Origin: a phage
Length of the DNA stretch: 64,000 bases
Sequence record: OZ335963.1
Strand: one strand, 5' to 3'
Every line of letters begins with the position of its first letter. Position 1 is the first letter of the stretch. Made by a program: the position numbers and the translations under genes. The notes beneath the pieces are model-generated. The model was not told the origin of the DNA, did not search any database, and saw only the letters and a program-made list of their open reading frames with translations. Of this stretch, positions 49,986-59,612 are shown one piece after another.

Positions 49986-50279
49986 TCAGCTGTAACGATA
50001 GCACTCGTTTGATTTACGCTTAGCAACTCGTTGAGAAGTATTGTAATCAAAATCATCGTCAATGTAAACTGATTTTTTCAACTTTCTTACTTCACCACGT
50101 AATTGACGATTTAGCTCATCTTTAACTTCTGAATCGATGCCTTTCATTCTACGCCATTTATCAGAGCGAAAAATGTTTTCAACCATATCTTTATGACTTA
50201 CACCATCAGGAGCTTTACGCTTTCCGAAATAGTCATAATCACGAACTTTCAAGTCTTTACGACGATACGTTTTACCCAT
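49986..50279 (-). CDS. hypothetical basic protein, 97 aa
   Basis: Start at MGKTYRRKDLKV...; Lys/Arg-rich. Confidence 0.45.
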   Translation of the reverse strand: MGKTYRRKDLKVRDYDYFGKRKAPDGVSHKDMVENIFRSDKWRRMKGIDSEVKDELNRQLRGEVRKLKKSVYIDDDFDYNTSQRVAKRKSNECYRYS

Positions 50280-50450
50280 GGAGTTTAATTTCCTTAGCAA
50301 CTGAACTAAATACAGCACGGTCACAAATCATCTGTTTATTCCATTTAAGTACAGTATAATGAACATCTAGATCATCTACTGCTGTAACAATAACAATATG
50401 TCCGTTAACACGATAATACTGATCTCTTTTAATCTCTTTATCAACCATAT
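50276..50450 (-). CDS. hypothetical protein, 57 aa
   Basis: ORF downstream of a degenerate early promoter. Confidence 0.35.
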
Positions 50451-50579
50451 CAAATCCTCAAAGGCAATTCATATGTTAATAATACCACAGTTTGAACTTC
50501 CTGTAACAACTTTGTGAAAATTATTTTAGGGAACGATAAGAAGGGAACGATAGCTTAGAATGGTAATATACAGAATGTG

Positions 50580-50605
50580 AGAAAGAAAGGCCCAGAGGGC
50601 CCGTC
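50580..50605 (-). terminator. hairpin with U-rich tract (terminator-like)
   Basis: GGGCCC-ucu-GGGCC stem followed by TTTCTTTCTC on minus strand. Confidence 0.35.
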
Positions 50606-50929
50606 TTAATCTTCTATGATATCTCTATCATATCCAAGTGAAATGAGAGTTTCTTTGAAGTGTTTAATGTTCTTTTGTCTAGAATCATTAATGAAAATGA
50701 CTGGATAACGAATGTTAAGAGATGTGAATCCAGCGCGTTTAGCAAGAGATACGATTAAAGGACGGTCGTATTCAATCTTACCATTATTAGTGAGGACTTT
50801 ATAAAATGTATAAGGAGCATTGAGCTCCTTTAAAAGTTTTGTAACAGTATAACATCCTGGACAACGTCCTACTTCTTCAGGGATGCCATAAATTTCAATC
50901 TTGTTCTTTAAGTTCGAGTTTTGTTCCAC
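50606..50929 (-). CDS. glutaredoxin-like protein (NrdH/Grx family), CPGC active site
   Basis: KIEIYGIPEEVGRCPGCYTVTKLL thioredoxin-fold N-terminus; start uncertain (GTG with AAGGA SD chosen); beside nrdG/nrdD. Confidence 0.5.
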   Translation of the reverse strand: MEQNSNLKNKIEIYGIPEEVGRCPGCYTVTKLLKELNAPYTFYKVLTNNGKIEYDRPLIVSLAKRAGFTSLNIRYPVIFINDSRQKNIKHFKETLISLGYDRDIIED

Positions 50930-51212
50930 GAGAAATAATTCCTTGGTAAGCCCAATACGGTGGGTTAACAGAATCATCACCAGAATTTTCTTCAGGAAAA
51001 TAAACCTGGATAACAAATCCGGATGCATCAAAGGTAAAATAAACCGTAGGTAATTCACCTAACAATTCGGCACGATTATTAATTTCTTCGAGTTCTCTTT
51101 CACGTCCGGCCCAAAAACTAGGATTTAGACTACATTCATAGAAATAATAGTCATTACCGAACATATCAAAACCTTTCCAACTCTCTACCACATACCGCTC
51201 AAAACTAATCAT
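50895..51212 (-). CDS. hypothetical protein, 105 aa
   Basis: ORF. Confidence 0.45.
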   Translation of the reverse strand: MISFERYVVESWKGFDMFGNDYYFYECSLNPSFWAGRERELEEINNRAELLGELPTVYFTFDASGFVIQVYFPEENSGDDSVNPPYWAYQGIISRGTKLELKEQD

Positions 51213-51214
51213 AA

Positions 51215-51430
51215 TTAAGCCTTTTTATCAAGAACAGAATTCAGTTTATTAGTAATTTTGTCCAAACGTTCATTGAATTCGCTGGAGGATAAACCCTTTT
51301 CAGGAGAAATTAAACTAATCAAGAAAAATACAACAGTAAAAGGAATAAGAAAAATAGCTCCAACTGCCATAAACAAAAAGAATGTTACGGTTGTAAGAAA
51401 ATCAGCTAAACCTTTACGAAATTTATACAT
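51215..51430 (-). CDS. small membrane protein, 71 aa
   Basis: TM segment (VTFFLFMAVGAIFLIPFTVVFFLISLI). Confidence 0.45.
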   Translation of the reverse strand: MYKFRKGLADFLTTVTFFLFMAVGAIFLIPFTVVFFLISLISPEKGLSSSEFNERLDKITNKLNSVLDKKA

Positions 51431-51546
51431 ATTTTAACCCTTAATTGATTAACCAAGCATTGATAAGCACTAAACTATATTGTGAATAAAATTCTGGACC
51501 AAAATGAAAAATCATATCATTTATAGTGTCCATAATATAATTCAAT

Positions 51547-52017
51547 TTAATCATGTTTCCACACCCCATCGGTATTTGACCAAAGTCGCTGATTATCTGA
51601 TCCTCGCCACAGCTTTTTGGTCGGAAGATTTTTCTCATACTTCCCATCAATAATAACATCAACATATTTAAGCATTTCTAGTTGTTTAATATCTTCAAAC
51701 TTATATCCTGTCCACAACCAAATGCTTTTATTTGGATAAAGATTTTTTACTGTTTGAACAATGCAATGAATAACATCTCGGTTATCAGGATAAAGAGGGT
51801 CACCTCCAGTTATAGTTAATCCTTCTATATAATCATTATTCAAACATTCAATTAATTGTTCTAGTGTTTCACCAGTGAATGGAACGCCATTTCTAGCGTT
51901 CCATGTTGATTTATTATAACATCCTTCACATTTATGCAAACAACCTGTAACGAAAAGAACGACCCTGCATCCAGGGCCATTCACAAAATCGCAAGGATAA
52001 AATCTATCATAATTCAT
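51547..52017 (-). CDS. nrdG: anaerobic ribonucleotide reductase activating protein NrdG (radical SAM)
   Basis: 156-aa ORF with Cys cluster CPGCRVVLFVTGCLHKCEGC. Confidence 0.85.
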   Translation of the reverse strand: MNYDRFYPCDFVNGPGCRVVLFVTGCLHKCEGCYNKSTWNARNGVPFTGETLEQLIECLNNDYIEGLTITGGDPLYPDNRDVIHCIVQTVKNLYPNKSIWLWTGYKFEDIKQLEMLKYVDVIIDGKYEKNLPTKKLWRGSDNQRLWSNTDGVWKHD

Positions 52018-53831
52018 TGGTGTTTAATCCTATGCATGATTTCTTTATTTTTACCGAGATTAAATCCGCGTTCGTTCGGATTTCCCAAATAACCACAAGT
52101 TCTTCTTATTGTGTTCATCTTTTTAGGATCAGTTTCTCCACAAATAGAACAAACAAACCCGTTTTCAGTAGGAGTCATTTCATGTGTACTTCCGCATGTA
52201 AAACATTTATCTACTGGCATATTAACACCAAAATAATCTAAATGTTGTGCAGCATAATCCCATACAGCCTCAAGACCTTTTAGGTTATTTTTCATATCAG
52301 GAAGTTCAACATAAGAAATGTGACCACCTGTCGCAATGAAATGATATGGTGCTTCTCGAGAAATCTTTTCAAACGGAGTAATATTTTCTTCTACTGAAAC
52401 GTGGAAACTATTAGTGTACCATCCTTTATCAGTAACATCTTTTACACTTCCATATTTCTCAGTATCAAGTTTACAGAAGCGATAGCACAGGTTTTCAGCA
52501 GGTGTAGAATACAAACTAAAAGCAAAACCAGTTCTTTCAGTCCACTGCTTAAGACGAGCATTCATTTTAGTCAAAATTTCCTGTCCAATATCACGACCGA
52601 CAAGAATATTCAATTCGTGAATACCAATGTATCCTAGGGACACTGAACTTCTACCGTTTTTAAATAACTCAATTATGTCGTCATCAGGTTTAAGACGAAC
52701 CCCGAATGCACCTTCTTGGTAAAGAATAGGAGCAACAGTCGCTTTAACTCCTTTTAAGGAACTAATTCTACACATCAAAGCTTCAAAACACAAATCCATT
52801 CGTTCATTGAACAATTCGGCAAATTTCTGTTCATTGAATTGTGTTCCAATATAAGAATCTAACGCAATACGAGGAAGATTCAGTGTTACAACACCAAGAT
52901 TATTACGTCCATCAAGAATTTCATTACCAGTCGAATCTTTCCATACGCTTAAGAAACTACGGCAACCCATTGGAGAAACAGGAATAGATGAACCGGTGAT
53001 AGCTTTATTGTTCTTAGCTGAAATAATATCAGGATACATTCTTTTGCTTGCACACTCTAAAGCAAGCTGCTTAATATCATAGTTCGGATCATCTTTATAA
53101 AGATTAACACCTTCTTCAACGAACATAACAAGTTTAGGGAAAATAGGAGTTATCCCATCGCGACCAAGGCCTTTAATACGATTTTTCAGAATTGCTTTCT
53201 GAATCATTCGTTCAGTCCAGTCAGTTCCAGTACCAAATGTAATTGTTACAAAAGGCGTTTGTCCGTTTGAACTAAAGAGAGTATTTACTTCATATTCATA
53301 AGCTTGGAATGCATCGTATACGTCTTTTTCTGTTTTAGATTGGGCATAATTCAATGCATCGGCGATTTGCCATTTTTCTGCATCCTCAATATGTTTTGCA
53401 TAGGTGCGTTTAACATAAGGAGAAAGTACTTTATCTACATTCGCAAAAGTCGTTCCGCCATATTGATGAGAAGCAACCTGCGCAGTAATTTGTGCCATAA
53501 TTGCAGTAGCAACGCCGATTGATTTAGGAGTTTCAATCTGCGCATTACCGAGCTTAAATCCGTTCTCAAGCATTCCTTTTAAATCTACTAAACAGCAATT
53601 AGTAAATGGAAGAGCAGGGGAATAATCAATATCGTGGAAATGGATAATTCCGCTTTCATGCGCTTTCATAATAAAAGACGGGACCATATTTTTGGCAATG
53701 TGTTTAGACACAATACCAGCCATAAGGTCCCGTTGAGTTGGAAAAACACGAGAATCTTTATTAGCATTCTCGTTTAAAAGGTCTTTATTAGTTTTATGAA
53801 TCAATCCTTCAATTTCTTTTTCAATTGTCAT
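52014..53831 (-). CDS. nrdD: anaerobic ribonucleoside-triphosphate reductase NrdD, uninterrupted
   Basis: 605-aa ORF with glycyl-radical C-terminus (RRTCGYLG) and Cys motifs; no intron. Confidence 0.9.
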   Translation of the reverse strand: MTIEKEIEGLIHKTNKDLLNENANKDSRVFPTQRDLMAGIVSKHIAKNMVPSFIMKAHESGIIHFHDIDYSPALPFTNCCLVDLKGMLENGFKLGNAQIETPKSIGVATAIMAQITAQVASHQYGGTTFANVDKVLSPYVKRTYAKHIEDAEKWQIADALNYAQSKTEKDVYDAFQAYEYEVNTLFSSNGQTPFVTITFGTGTDWTERMIQKAILKNRIKGLGRDGITPIFPKLVMFVEEGVNLYKDDPNYDIKQLALECASKRMYPDIISAKNNKAITGSSIPVSPMGCRSFLSVWKDSTGNEILDGRNNLGVVTLNLPRIALDSYIGTQFNEQKFAELFNERMDLCFEALMCRISSLKGVKATVAPILYQEGAFGVRLKPDDDIIELFKNGRSSVSLGYIGIHELNILVGRDIGQEILTKMNARLKQWTERTGFAFSLYSTPAENLCYRFCKLDTEKYGSVKDVTDKGWYTNSFHVSVEENITPFEKISREAPYHFIATGGHISYVELPDMKNNLKGLEAVWDYAAQHLDYFGVNMPVDKCFTCGSTHEMTPTENGFVCSICGETDPKKMNTIRRTCGYLGNPNERGFNLGKNKEIMHRIKHQ

Positions 53832-54301
53832 TTTAAACTCTTTCTAAGCTGCTTCTTAAATGAAGCTATTAATTGTGTTTTAGTGTCAGATTCATTATAT
53901 TCAAATCCTCTTTGAAGCATCTCAGCCATCATTTCCTCTTTTCCTAAACGAGAAAATTCCTTTGATTTATCTCCAACGAAGTTAGGGTGAATATTATTTT
54001 GGGTGTAATCGGATTTTAAATAAGTAAGTAAATTTTCTAACCATTCAAGATAATCAACACCTTGTCCCTTTAAGCCAGAACGATTAAATTTATGCTTCAT
54101 TTGACCTTCCGCTGCATTGCAGAGATTACAGAGCAATCCACGTACCTTTCCTGCTTTTGGTCCATTTAATTCATGGTCATGGTCAAGGTGATTAGCTTGA
54201 ACATCAGGATTTAGTTCTCGTTGGCAAATTAAGCATTTACCGTTTTGTGCATCATAAAATTTCTGTTTTTCTTCTTTGTATAATTTGCCAGTCAATAACA
54301 T
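53828..54301 (-). CDS. 49: endonuclease VII gp49 (Holliday junction resolvase)
   Basis: 157-aa ORF with zinc-binding Cys pairs (CLICQ...CNLCN) and HNH-like His; T4 gp49 length. Confidence 0.85.
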   Translation of the reverse strand: MLLTGKLYKEEKQKFYDAQNGKCLICQRELNPDVQANHLDHDHELNGPKAGKVRGLLCNLCNAAEGQMKHKFNRSGLKGQGVDYLEWLENLLTYLKSDYTQNNIHPNFVGDKSKEFSRLGKEEMMAEMLQRGFEYNESDTKTQLIASFKKQLRKSLK

Positions 54302-54350
54302 AATAAAACCCTTACCTTGAATAGATAAGGGTATTTATTATTTTCAAGTA

Positions 54351-54815
54351 TTAAAATGCTCGGCCAGAAAAAGAATTTTGAGTTTCAAGCCATTCAATAT
54401 ATTCTGCTGCAGCTTGCATTAAATTTCCTTCATAACCATCATTATTTTCTTGTGCAGCTAATTTAGCTAATGCATATGAAATACGTTCACCTTGAAAAGC
54501 AGCTTCAGGCTTCCGAATAACTTGATCAACTCGTTCTACAACTTCTTCAATTTCGCCATTTTCTACTGATTCAGTATTCCACAAGCACCAATAGGCAGTT
54601 GGCTTATCGTAGATGTTAATAATCTTTCCATCAGAAAGTTCAATTTCAATAATTCCAGTATCAGGTTCTATATCATCTTCGCATTCTTTTGCAAGTTCAC
54701 GAACTTTAAAGACAGTACCTGCACTAAGTTCCGGCCAGTAATTACACAGCTCTTTATCAGCACGATTAATTCTAAACCACTTATCTACTACAATCATATC
54801 CCATCTCCATATCAA
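54351..54815 (-). CDS. hypothetical protein, ~150 aa
   Basis: ORF in 49-nrdC interval. Confidence 0.45.
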   Translation of the reverse strand: MIWRWDMIVVDKWFRINRADKELCNYWPELSAGTVFKVRELAKECEDDIEPDTGIIEIELSDGKIINIYDKPTAYWCLWNTESVENGEIEEVVERVDQVIRKPEAAFQGERISYALAKLAAQENNDGYEGNLMQAAAEYIEWLETQNSFSGRAF

Positions 54816-54920
54816 TTAAGTCGTTTATCGTTGGTTCATTATATACTGTTTCTTCATCAGTGTAAACCGGTTCTTCCGGCTCTGGCTCTACTGTTTCCCA
54901 TCTAGCCGCCCACCAGGGTT

Positions 54921-55241
54921 TTATAGCGTAATCCATTCTCGTATTGTCTGAGTTACTACACGTTCACGGGGCTCGACTAGTTCAACAGTCGGAACTGCAT
55001 AATACCAGTCAGAATGGTAAGAACCTGAGCGAGATTCATTTACAGACACATGAACGTTATGTTTTGGACTAAAATAAACACACTGCCGATATTGGCATTT
55101 GCCATCTTGTACCCAATCTTCTATTTCGACAGGTTTAAGATAATCCGAAAAATCGAAATCATAATTTTCTGAAAATGCATCATGGTCTTCGATGATTTCA
55201 CTCAGAACTGCATCAACATCTAATTTATTTTCAATAGTCAT
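54921..55241 (-). CDS. hypothetical protein, 106 aa
   Basis: ORF. Confidence 0.45.
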   Translation of the reverse strand: MTIENKLDVDAVLSEIIEDHDAFSENYDFDFSDYLKPVEIEDWVQDGKCQYRQCVYFSPKHNVHVSVNESRSGSYHSDWYYAVPTVELVEPRERVVTQTIREWITL

Positions 55242-55546
55242 TTGTCACACCACCAATTCGATACTTCAAAATCAGGTTCACCGTTTTCCCAATACCAAGG
55301 ACCCACCGGATGCCAATCACCATGCTCATCTTCTTCAAATTCTTCAGATTCAAGCCCAACATATTGCCATTGGACTTCATAAGCGGTATCACCGATTACA
55401 ACCGTGTTCTCACCATACGGATTAGCCACAACAAAGTCAATACCTTCTGCTTTAGCCAACCAAACCATGTATTCATAGAGTTTATATTCTAGGTCGTCTT
55501 CGGTGCCATCACCTAGAAAAATGGTTTGTTCGTTTAACCCAATCAT
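55238..55546 (-). CDS. hypothetical acidic protein, 102 aa
   Basis: ORF. Confidence 0.45.
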   Translation of the reverse strand: MIGLNEQTIFLGDGTEDDLEYKLYEYMVWLAKAEGIDFVVANPYGENTVVIGDTAYEVQWQYVGLESEEFEEDEHGDWHPVGPWYWENGEPDFEVSNWWCDK

Positions 55547-55731
55547 AATTCCACCATAAATTCAAATAACTGGTCGCGTACACAAGTATCAGTCCAACCC
55601 CATTCGTTGGCTTCTTCTTTTAACCAATCCGGGAGATTTGCTAATACGGTTTCTTTACTAGGGGCAGGAGTATCAAACTCTCTCGCCAACTCTCTTGCGC
55701 AGGTTTTATAGGCCATATCAAATTCAGTCAT
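55543..55731 (-). CDS. hypothetical protein, 62 aa
   Basis: ORF. Confidence 0.4.
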   Translation of the reverse strand: MTEFDMAYKTCARELAREFDTPAPSKETVLANLPDWLKEEANEWGWTDTCVRDQLFEFMVEL

Positions 55732-55991
55732 TTGAAATATGCTCGCAGTTCGTCAAATCCGCCAATAGAAGTTCCATCAGGAGCAAATACCTGAGGCATC
55801 GTCAATCCGATTTGAGTATCACGACCTAGTTTCGTCAGAAGCTCAGCGATTTTCTCATCATCAAAAACGCCTTTTTCCGGCATAATGTTGATAAATTCAA
55901 ACGGCTGTTTCTTCACAGTCAAAAGACGTTTTGCATTATCGCAATACACACATTTGTGGATGTTGCTATCATAACCATATACTTTAAACAT
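55728..55991 (-). CDS. nrdC: thioredoxin/glutaredoxin NrdC
   Basis: 87-aa ORF with CVYC active site (MFKVYGYDSNIHKCVYCDNAKRLL...). Confidence 0.85.
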   Translation of the reverse strand: MFKVYGYDSNIHKCVYCDNAKRLLTVKKQPFEFINIMPEKGVFDDEKIAELLTKLGRDTQIGLTMPQVFAPDGTSIGGFDELRAYFK

Positions 55992-56220
55992 ATTATTCCT
56001 TAATTCCTAGTACTTGTTTAAAAGTCTCGTCGTAATCAAGACTTTGGCCCGTTTGTTCTTTATGTTTGTATATAATATCACTTACTTCTGATAGCATATT
56101 TTATATGAACGAGTTAAAGCAGATTTAAGCACGCTGTATCTATCAGGAAATTTACCATGTTCATTATAATACGCTATTGCTAATTCACGGACTGCCTTTT
56201 CAGCAATCTCCATATATTCT

Positions 56221-56538
56221 TTACGCTTGGTCATTTTCTTCTCGGTCAAATCGGTGTTTGCAATGACGACATTTATAACGAAGATTACTAGTCTGCCAAT
56301 GGACTAATTGAACCTGTTCAGTACCGCATTCAGGACAATTAGGAACGTTTTTAGAAGCCCTTTCGCGACGTTCAACCATAGCCATAATGGCATCCCAAGC
56401 TGGAGGTTTAAAGTCTAAATCATCACAATCATGAATCTTTCCACGCATTTCCAGATCGTCTTCTTCACCAGCCATAATAATTTTAATTAGACTGGAATTA
56501 CTTGAAGCTGCGATATCTTCTAATAGACGCTTTTTCAT
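56221..56538 (-). CDS. zinc-ribbon protein, 105 aa
   Basis: CPECGTE...CRHCKHRF Cys pairs. Confidence 0.45.
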   Translation of the reverse strand: MKKRLLEDIAASSNSSLIKIIMAGEEDDLEMRGKIHDCDDLDFKPPAWDAIMAMVERRERASKNVPNCPECGTEQVQLVHWQTSNLRYKCRHCKHRFDREENDQA

Positions 56539-57464
56539 TTTAATACCTCAATAGCATTACGTAAACCATTTGCTTTTGCATTAAGAGCTTTTAACAATTT
56601 GGTGTGTTCGGCAATCTGGGCTTCAACTTCAATTAAGCGAGCATTGAGATATTCACGTTCTTCGCTCAAGTTATCAATCTTTTCTACTTTAGGCTCTTTT
56701 ACAACTGTCTTATATGTATTAGGGTTCTTCAGTTTAATTAGAATGCGTGAACTGTATAACATTGAACCATTATCTTCGGTTTCGTCATACATTTCTACTA
56801 CGTCCATGATTTTTAGCATCATGCGGAGTTTATAAGACAACGAACGAATAGTTTTGTTGTGCTTATTAATTTCTTTAGAGTTCATGGTGCCGAGATTACG
56901 TGAGTAATAATAAGGAACCTGGATATCAATTGACAATGATGCGTTACCATTACCAGTTGGTTTGAATACTGCAGTAACCCAATCTTTAACATGAACTTTA
57001 TTTGTACGGTCATCGCCAGCGGTAAATAGTTTACGAGCATGCTTAAAAAGCATATTCACTTGGTCATTGAATTGACAAGAGAATTTATCAGCAAATTTAG
57101 TTTCAGGAATGGTAGATAGCCAATCAGCCAAATGGGTCTTTTTAACATCGTTAACAATAGTAAATTCAACCAAATCGGTTATAGATGTCGTAGATTTAAT
57201 GAAGCTCGGCTTCATAAAGTTTTTAATGTTATCGCGAGCTACAGTAGAAGATAACATACGAGAACGTTTAAACCATTCAAGCAAATTGCCTAATGAATGA
57301 GAATAGGCGTTCTGAGTATCTTTACAGATATGATTTTCCTGGCCAACATATTGAAGGAAATCACGAAGAATATTATTGATTACTGCTCTGTGTCCGATAT
57401 TATAATTACGGTGTTTAGTAATAAGACTGTCAAAATAATCAATATAATGTTTACGAGTTTTCAT
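56535..57464 (-). CDS. paralog-array protein A, 309 aa, C-terminal coiled coil
   Basis: ORF; C-terminal heptad-like tail ([37 protein letters not shown]); motif EWFKRSRMLSSTVAR resembles B-D. Confidence 0.55.
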   Translation of the reverse strand: MKTRKHYIDYFDSLITKHRNYNIGHRAVINNILRDFLQYVGQENHICKDTQNAYSHSLGNLLEWFKRSRMLSSTVARDNIKNFMKPSFIKSTTSITDLVEFTIVNDVKKTHLADWLSTIPETKFADKFSCQFNDQVNMLFKHARKLFTAGDDRTNKVHVKDWVTAVFKPTGNGNASLSIDIQVPYYYSRNLGTMNSKEINKHNKTIRSLSYKLRMMLKIMDVVEMYDETEDNGSMLYSSRILIKLKNPNTYKTVVKEPKVEKIDNLSEEREYLNARLIEVEAQIAEHTKLLKALNAKANGLRNAIEVLK

Positions 57465-57516
57465 GTTCTTCTCACTTGGTTAATGATTTATACTCCGAGC
57501 CATCCATGGCTTTAAA

Positions 57517-58518
57517 TTACTTAATTAACTGTAAAGCTTGTTCAAGACGATCCAGGCGATTAACAGATTCTTCCCAAATCCTTTTAGCCTGCTCATAATC
57601 TTTCTGCGCTTTATTAGAAATTTCTAGAGCTTCTTTATAAGCTTTTTCTAATGCAATAACTTCTGGACGAATTTCTACCGATTCAGGTGAATCATCAAGA
57701 TTATCCATTAGTTCCTCAGGGGTAGTTTCTTCTTTAGGAGTATTCACAATTTCCTCACATTTTTGTTGATAAATTTCTTTATCAGTCGGTGAGTACGCGC
57801 ACTTTACTTCACGAAGACTAACTACAATTTTGTATCCTTCCCAACCGCACATATTTTTAAAAGGATAAGTATAAATATTTTCTACTGTTTCCATACAAAG
57901 TAGTGCAGTCTCTAATTGACGAGTTATATCGCTAGCGATTGAGAAAAATTTATTAATGTTCTTTTGATTAGCTTCTGGTGTAAAAAATTCATAATTCACA
58001 AAAATAGCTGCTTTATTTTTATCAAGCTCATATTCTTTTATGATAATCATATCAGAAGCCCAAGGATGGATTTGACGATAATCGCCATAGCATAATTTAG
58101 AAGCTGATTTTAGAATTTGCTTCTTGAAAAGTCTAAAATTACTAATCCAACGACGAGTAAAAATATTCTCAGGGTCTTCTTTAATATTAAGATGATAAGA
58201 ATTAACATCACCGAACCAATTGTATCCTACTACATCTTTAGTTCGTTTAATTTCTTTCCCAAATTTACTAAGAATATCTTGATTAACTAAATATGAAAGA
58301 AGACGAGACCCTTTAAAGGTTTCCTTAATATCATCTTTATATTCGCGACTAGAAATTTTATGAACTTCATGAATAAATTTGTTGGAAGAAACAATACTTG
58401 CATCAGTATTATTGAGCCATTGATTGATAATGGAAATAACACTATTCTGACTAGACATAGGTTTAACTTTATCATCAATAACACTATTGAACGATTTGAT
58501 ATATTCGTTACGAGTCAT
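57517..58518 (-). CDS. paralog-array protein B, 333 aa, C-terminal coiled coil
   Basis: Start at MTRNEYIKSF after early promoter; motif RRWISNFRLFKKQILKSASKL shared with C and D. Confidence 0.55.
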   Translation of the reverse strand: MTRNEYIKSFNSVIDDKVKPMSSQNSVISIINQWLNNTDASIVSSNKFIHEVHKISSREYKDDIKETFKGSRLLSYLVNQDILSKFGKEIKRTKDVVGYNWFGDVNSYHLNIKEDPENIFTRRWISNFRLFKKQILKSASKLCYGDYRQIHPWASDMIIIKEYELDKNKAAIFVNYEFFTPEANQKNINKFFSIASDITRQLETALLCMETVENIYTYPFKNMCGWEGYKIVVSLREVKCAYSPTDKEIYQQKCEEIVNTPKEETTPEELMDNLDDSPESVEIRPEVIALEKAYKEALEISNKAQKDYEQAKRIWEESVNRLDRLEQALQLIK

Positions 58519-58546
58519 ATTAATCTCCTCAGTAGAAAGTAAGAAC

Positions 58547-58576
58547 ATTATACCACATCCTTGTGGCAAAGTAAAC
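58547..58576 (-). promoter_or_regulatory. T4 early-type promoter (GTTTAC, 18 bp, TATAAT)
   Basis: Minus-sense GTTTAC 58571-58576, TATAAT 58547-58552; nearly identical to promoter at 13467-13496. Confidence 0.55.
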
Positions 58577-59604
58577 TAGTTTAGTGCATTTAGTGCATTG
58601 TTCAGTTTAGAACGTTGCTTCGTGAGATTTTTGACTTTTTCTTGAGCTTTTTCTAGCATCTTTTCAGCTTCTAACACTTCATTAGTTGCTTTAACGAGTT
58701 CATCATCTACTGCCTTGATAGACTTCTCAATCGCATCTGCATGCCATTTTTCAACAGGTTTAAGACTCGGATTTTCAACAGGAAGAAAATTCGCTTTATT
58801 GAATTTCCATGCATCCTTATTACCTGAACTATACATCCAAAATTTAGGATCGTTTGATGAGCAATTGGATAAATTTAAGTTATAGTTATCTTGTACTTCC
58901 TGCTTTTTCTCTTGCGGGATTTCGTCCTTTCTCAAAAAATCATATTTAAATGAAACGATCATATCAAGTTCATATGTTGTTGTGTCTAATTTAAATCGTT
59001 CGAAATGCTGTGAAATCTTAGACTGAACAGCAGCAACAACATCCATATACTTAAATGCTTCTGTCAACTGCGATTTAAGGCATTCGCAAATTGAAAGAGA
59101 ATTTTTTGTATTAGGTTTAAAGCTAATTCGTGCAGTTCTATTATTTTCTTTTAATGGTCTTACTTCCATCTGAAGAGTATAACCATCAAATTTCAGATTC
59201 TTTAAATTAATGTCAGAACCTTTTAATCGACTAGCCGTCGACAAAATTTGTTTTAATTGTTTACGGAATAGAGCAATAAATCTCCATTCAATACGATAAT
59301 GATTTGGATTGAAAAATCCAGATGATAAATCGACCTTACTTTGACCAACGCCTTGAACAAATAGAGGATTTTTATAATCAATAGTTTTACAGAAATCGGT
59401 GAGCTGCTCACGAGCCGTCATTTGTGTAATATACCCCGCTTTACTAAAATTACTCACCCATTCACTGCTATTTAGATATTTAAAGTGATGAATAGCACGA
59501 TTAACTTTATCAGGGTCTAAATTATTTTCACACAAAAATGTCATAACATTACGAGTATCGCTGGCAGTACGAACCATATCTTCAATTTGAGAACGAGTTT
59601 TCAT
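58576..59604 (-). CDS. paralog-array protein C, 342 aa, C-terminal coiled coil
   Basis: Motif RIEWRFIALFRKQLKQILSTASRL; tail ...KATNEVLEAEKMLEKAQEKVKNLTKQRSKLNNALNALN. Confidence 0.55.
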   Translation of the reverse strand: MKTRSQIEDMVRTASDTRNVMTFLCENNLDPDKVNRAIHHFKYLNSSEWVSNFSKAGYITQMTAREQLTDFCKTIDYKNPLFVQGVGQSKVDLSSGFFNPNHYRIEWRFIALFRKQLKQILSTASRLKGSDINLKNLKFDGYTLQMEVRPLKENNRTARISFKPNTKNSLSICECLKSQLTEAFKYMDVVAAVQSKISQHFERFKLDTTTYELDMIVSFKYDFLRKDEIPQEKKQEVQDNYNLNLSNCSSNDPKFWMYSSGNKDAWKFNKANFLPVENPSLKPVEKWHADAIEKSIKAVDDELVKATNEVLEAEKMLEKAQEKVKNLTKQRSKLNNALNALN

Positions 59605-59612
59605 GGTGTTCC

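Noticed and set aside
52014-53831. Group I intron or intron-encoded homing endonuclease in nrdD
   Set aside because: The nrdD frame is continuous for 605 codons with no interruption, so no intron is present in this genome.
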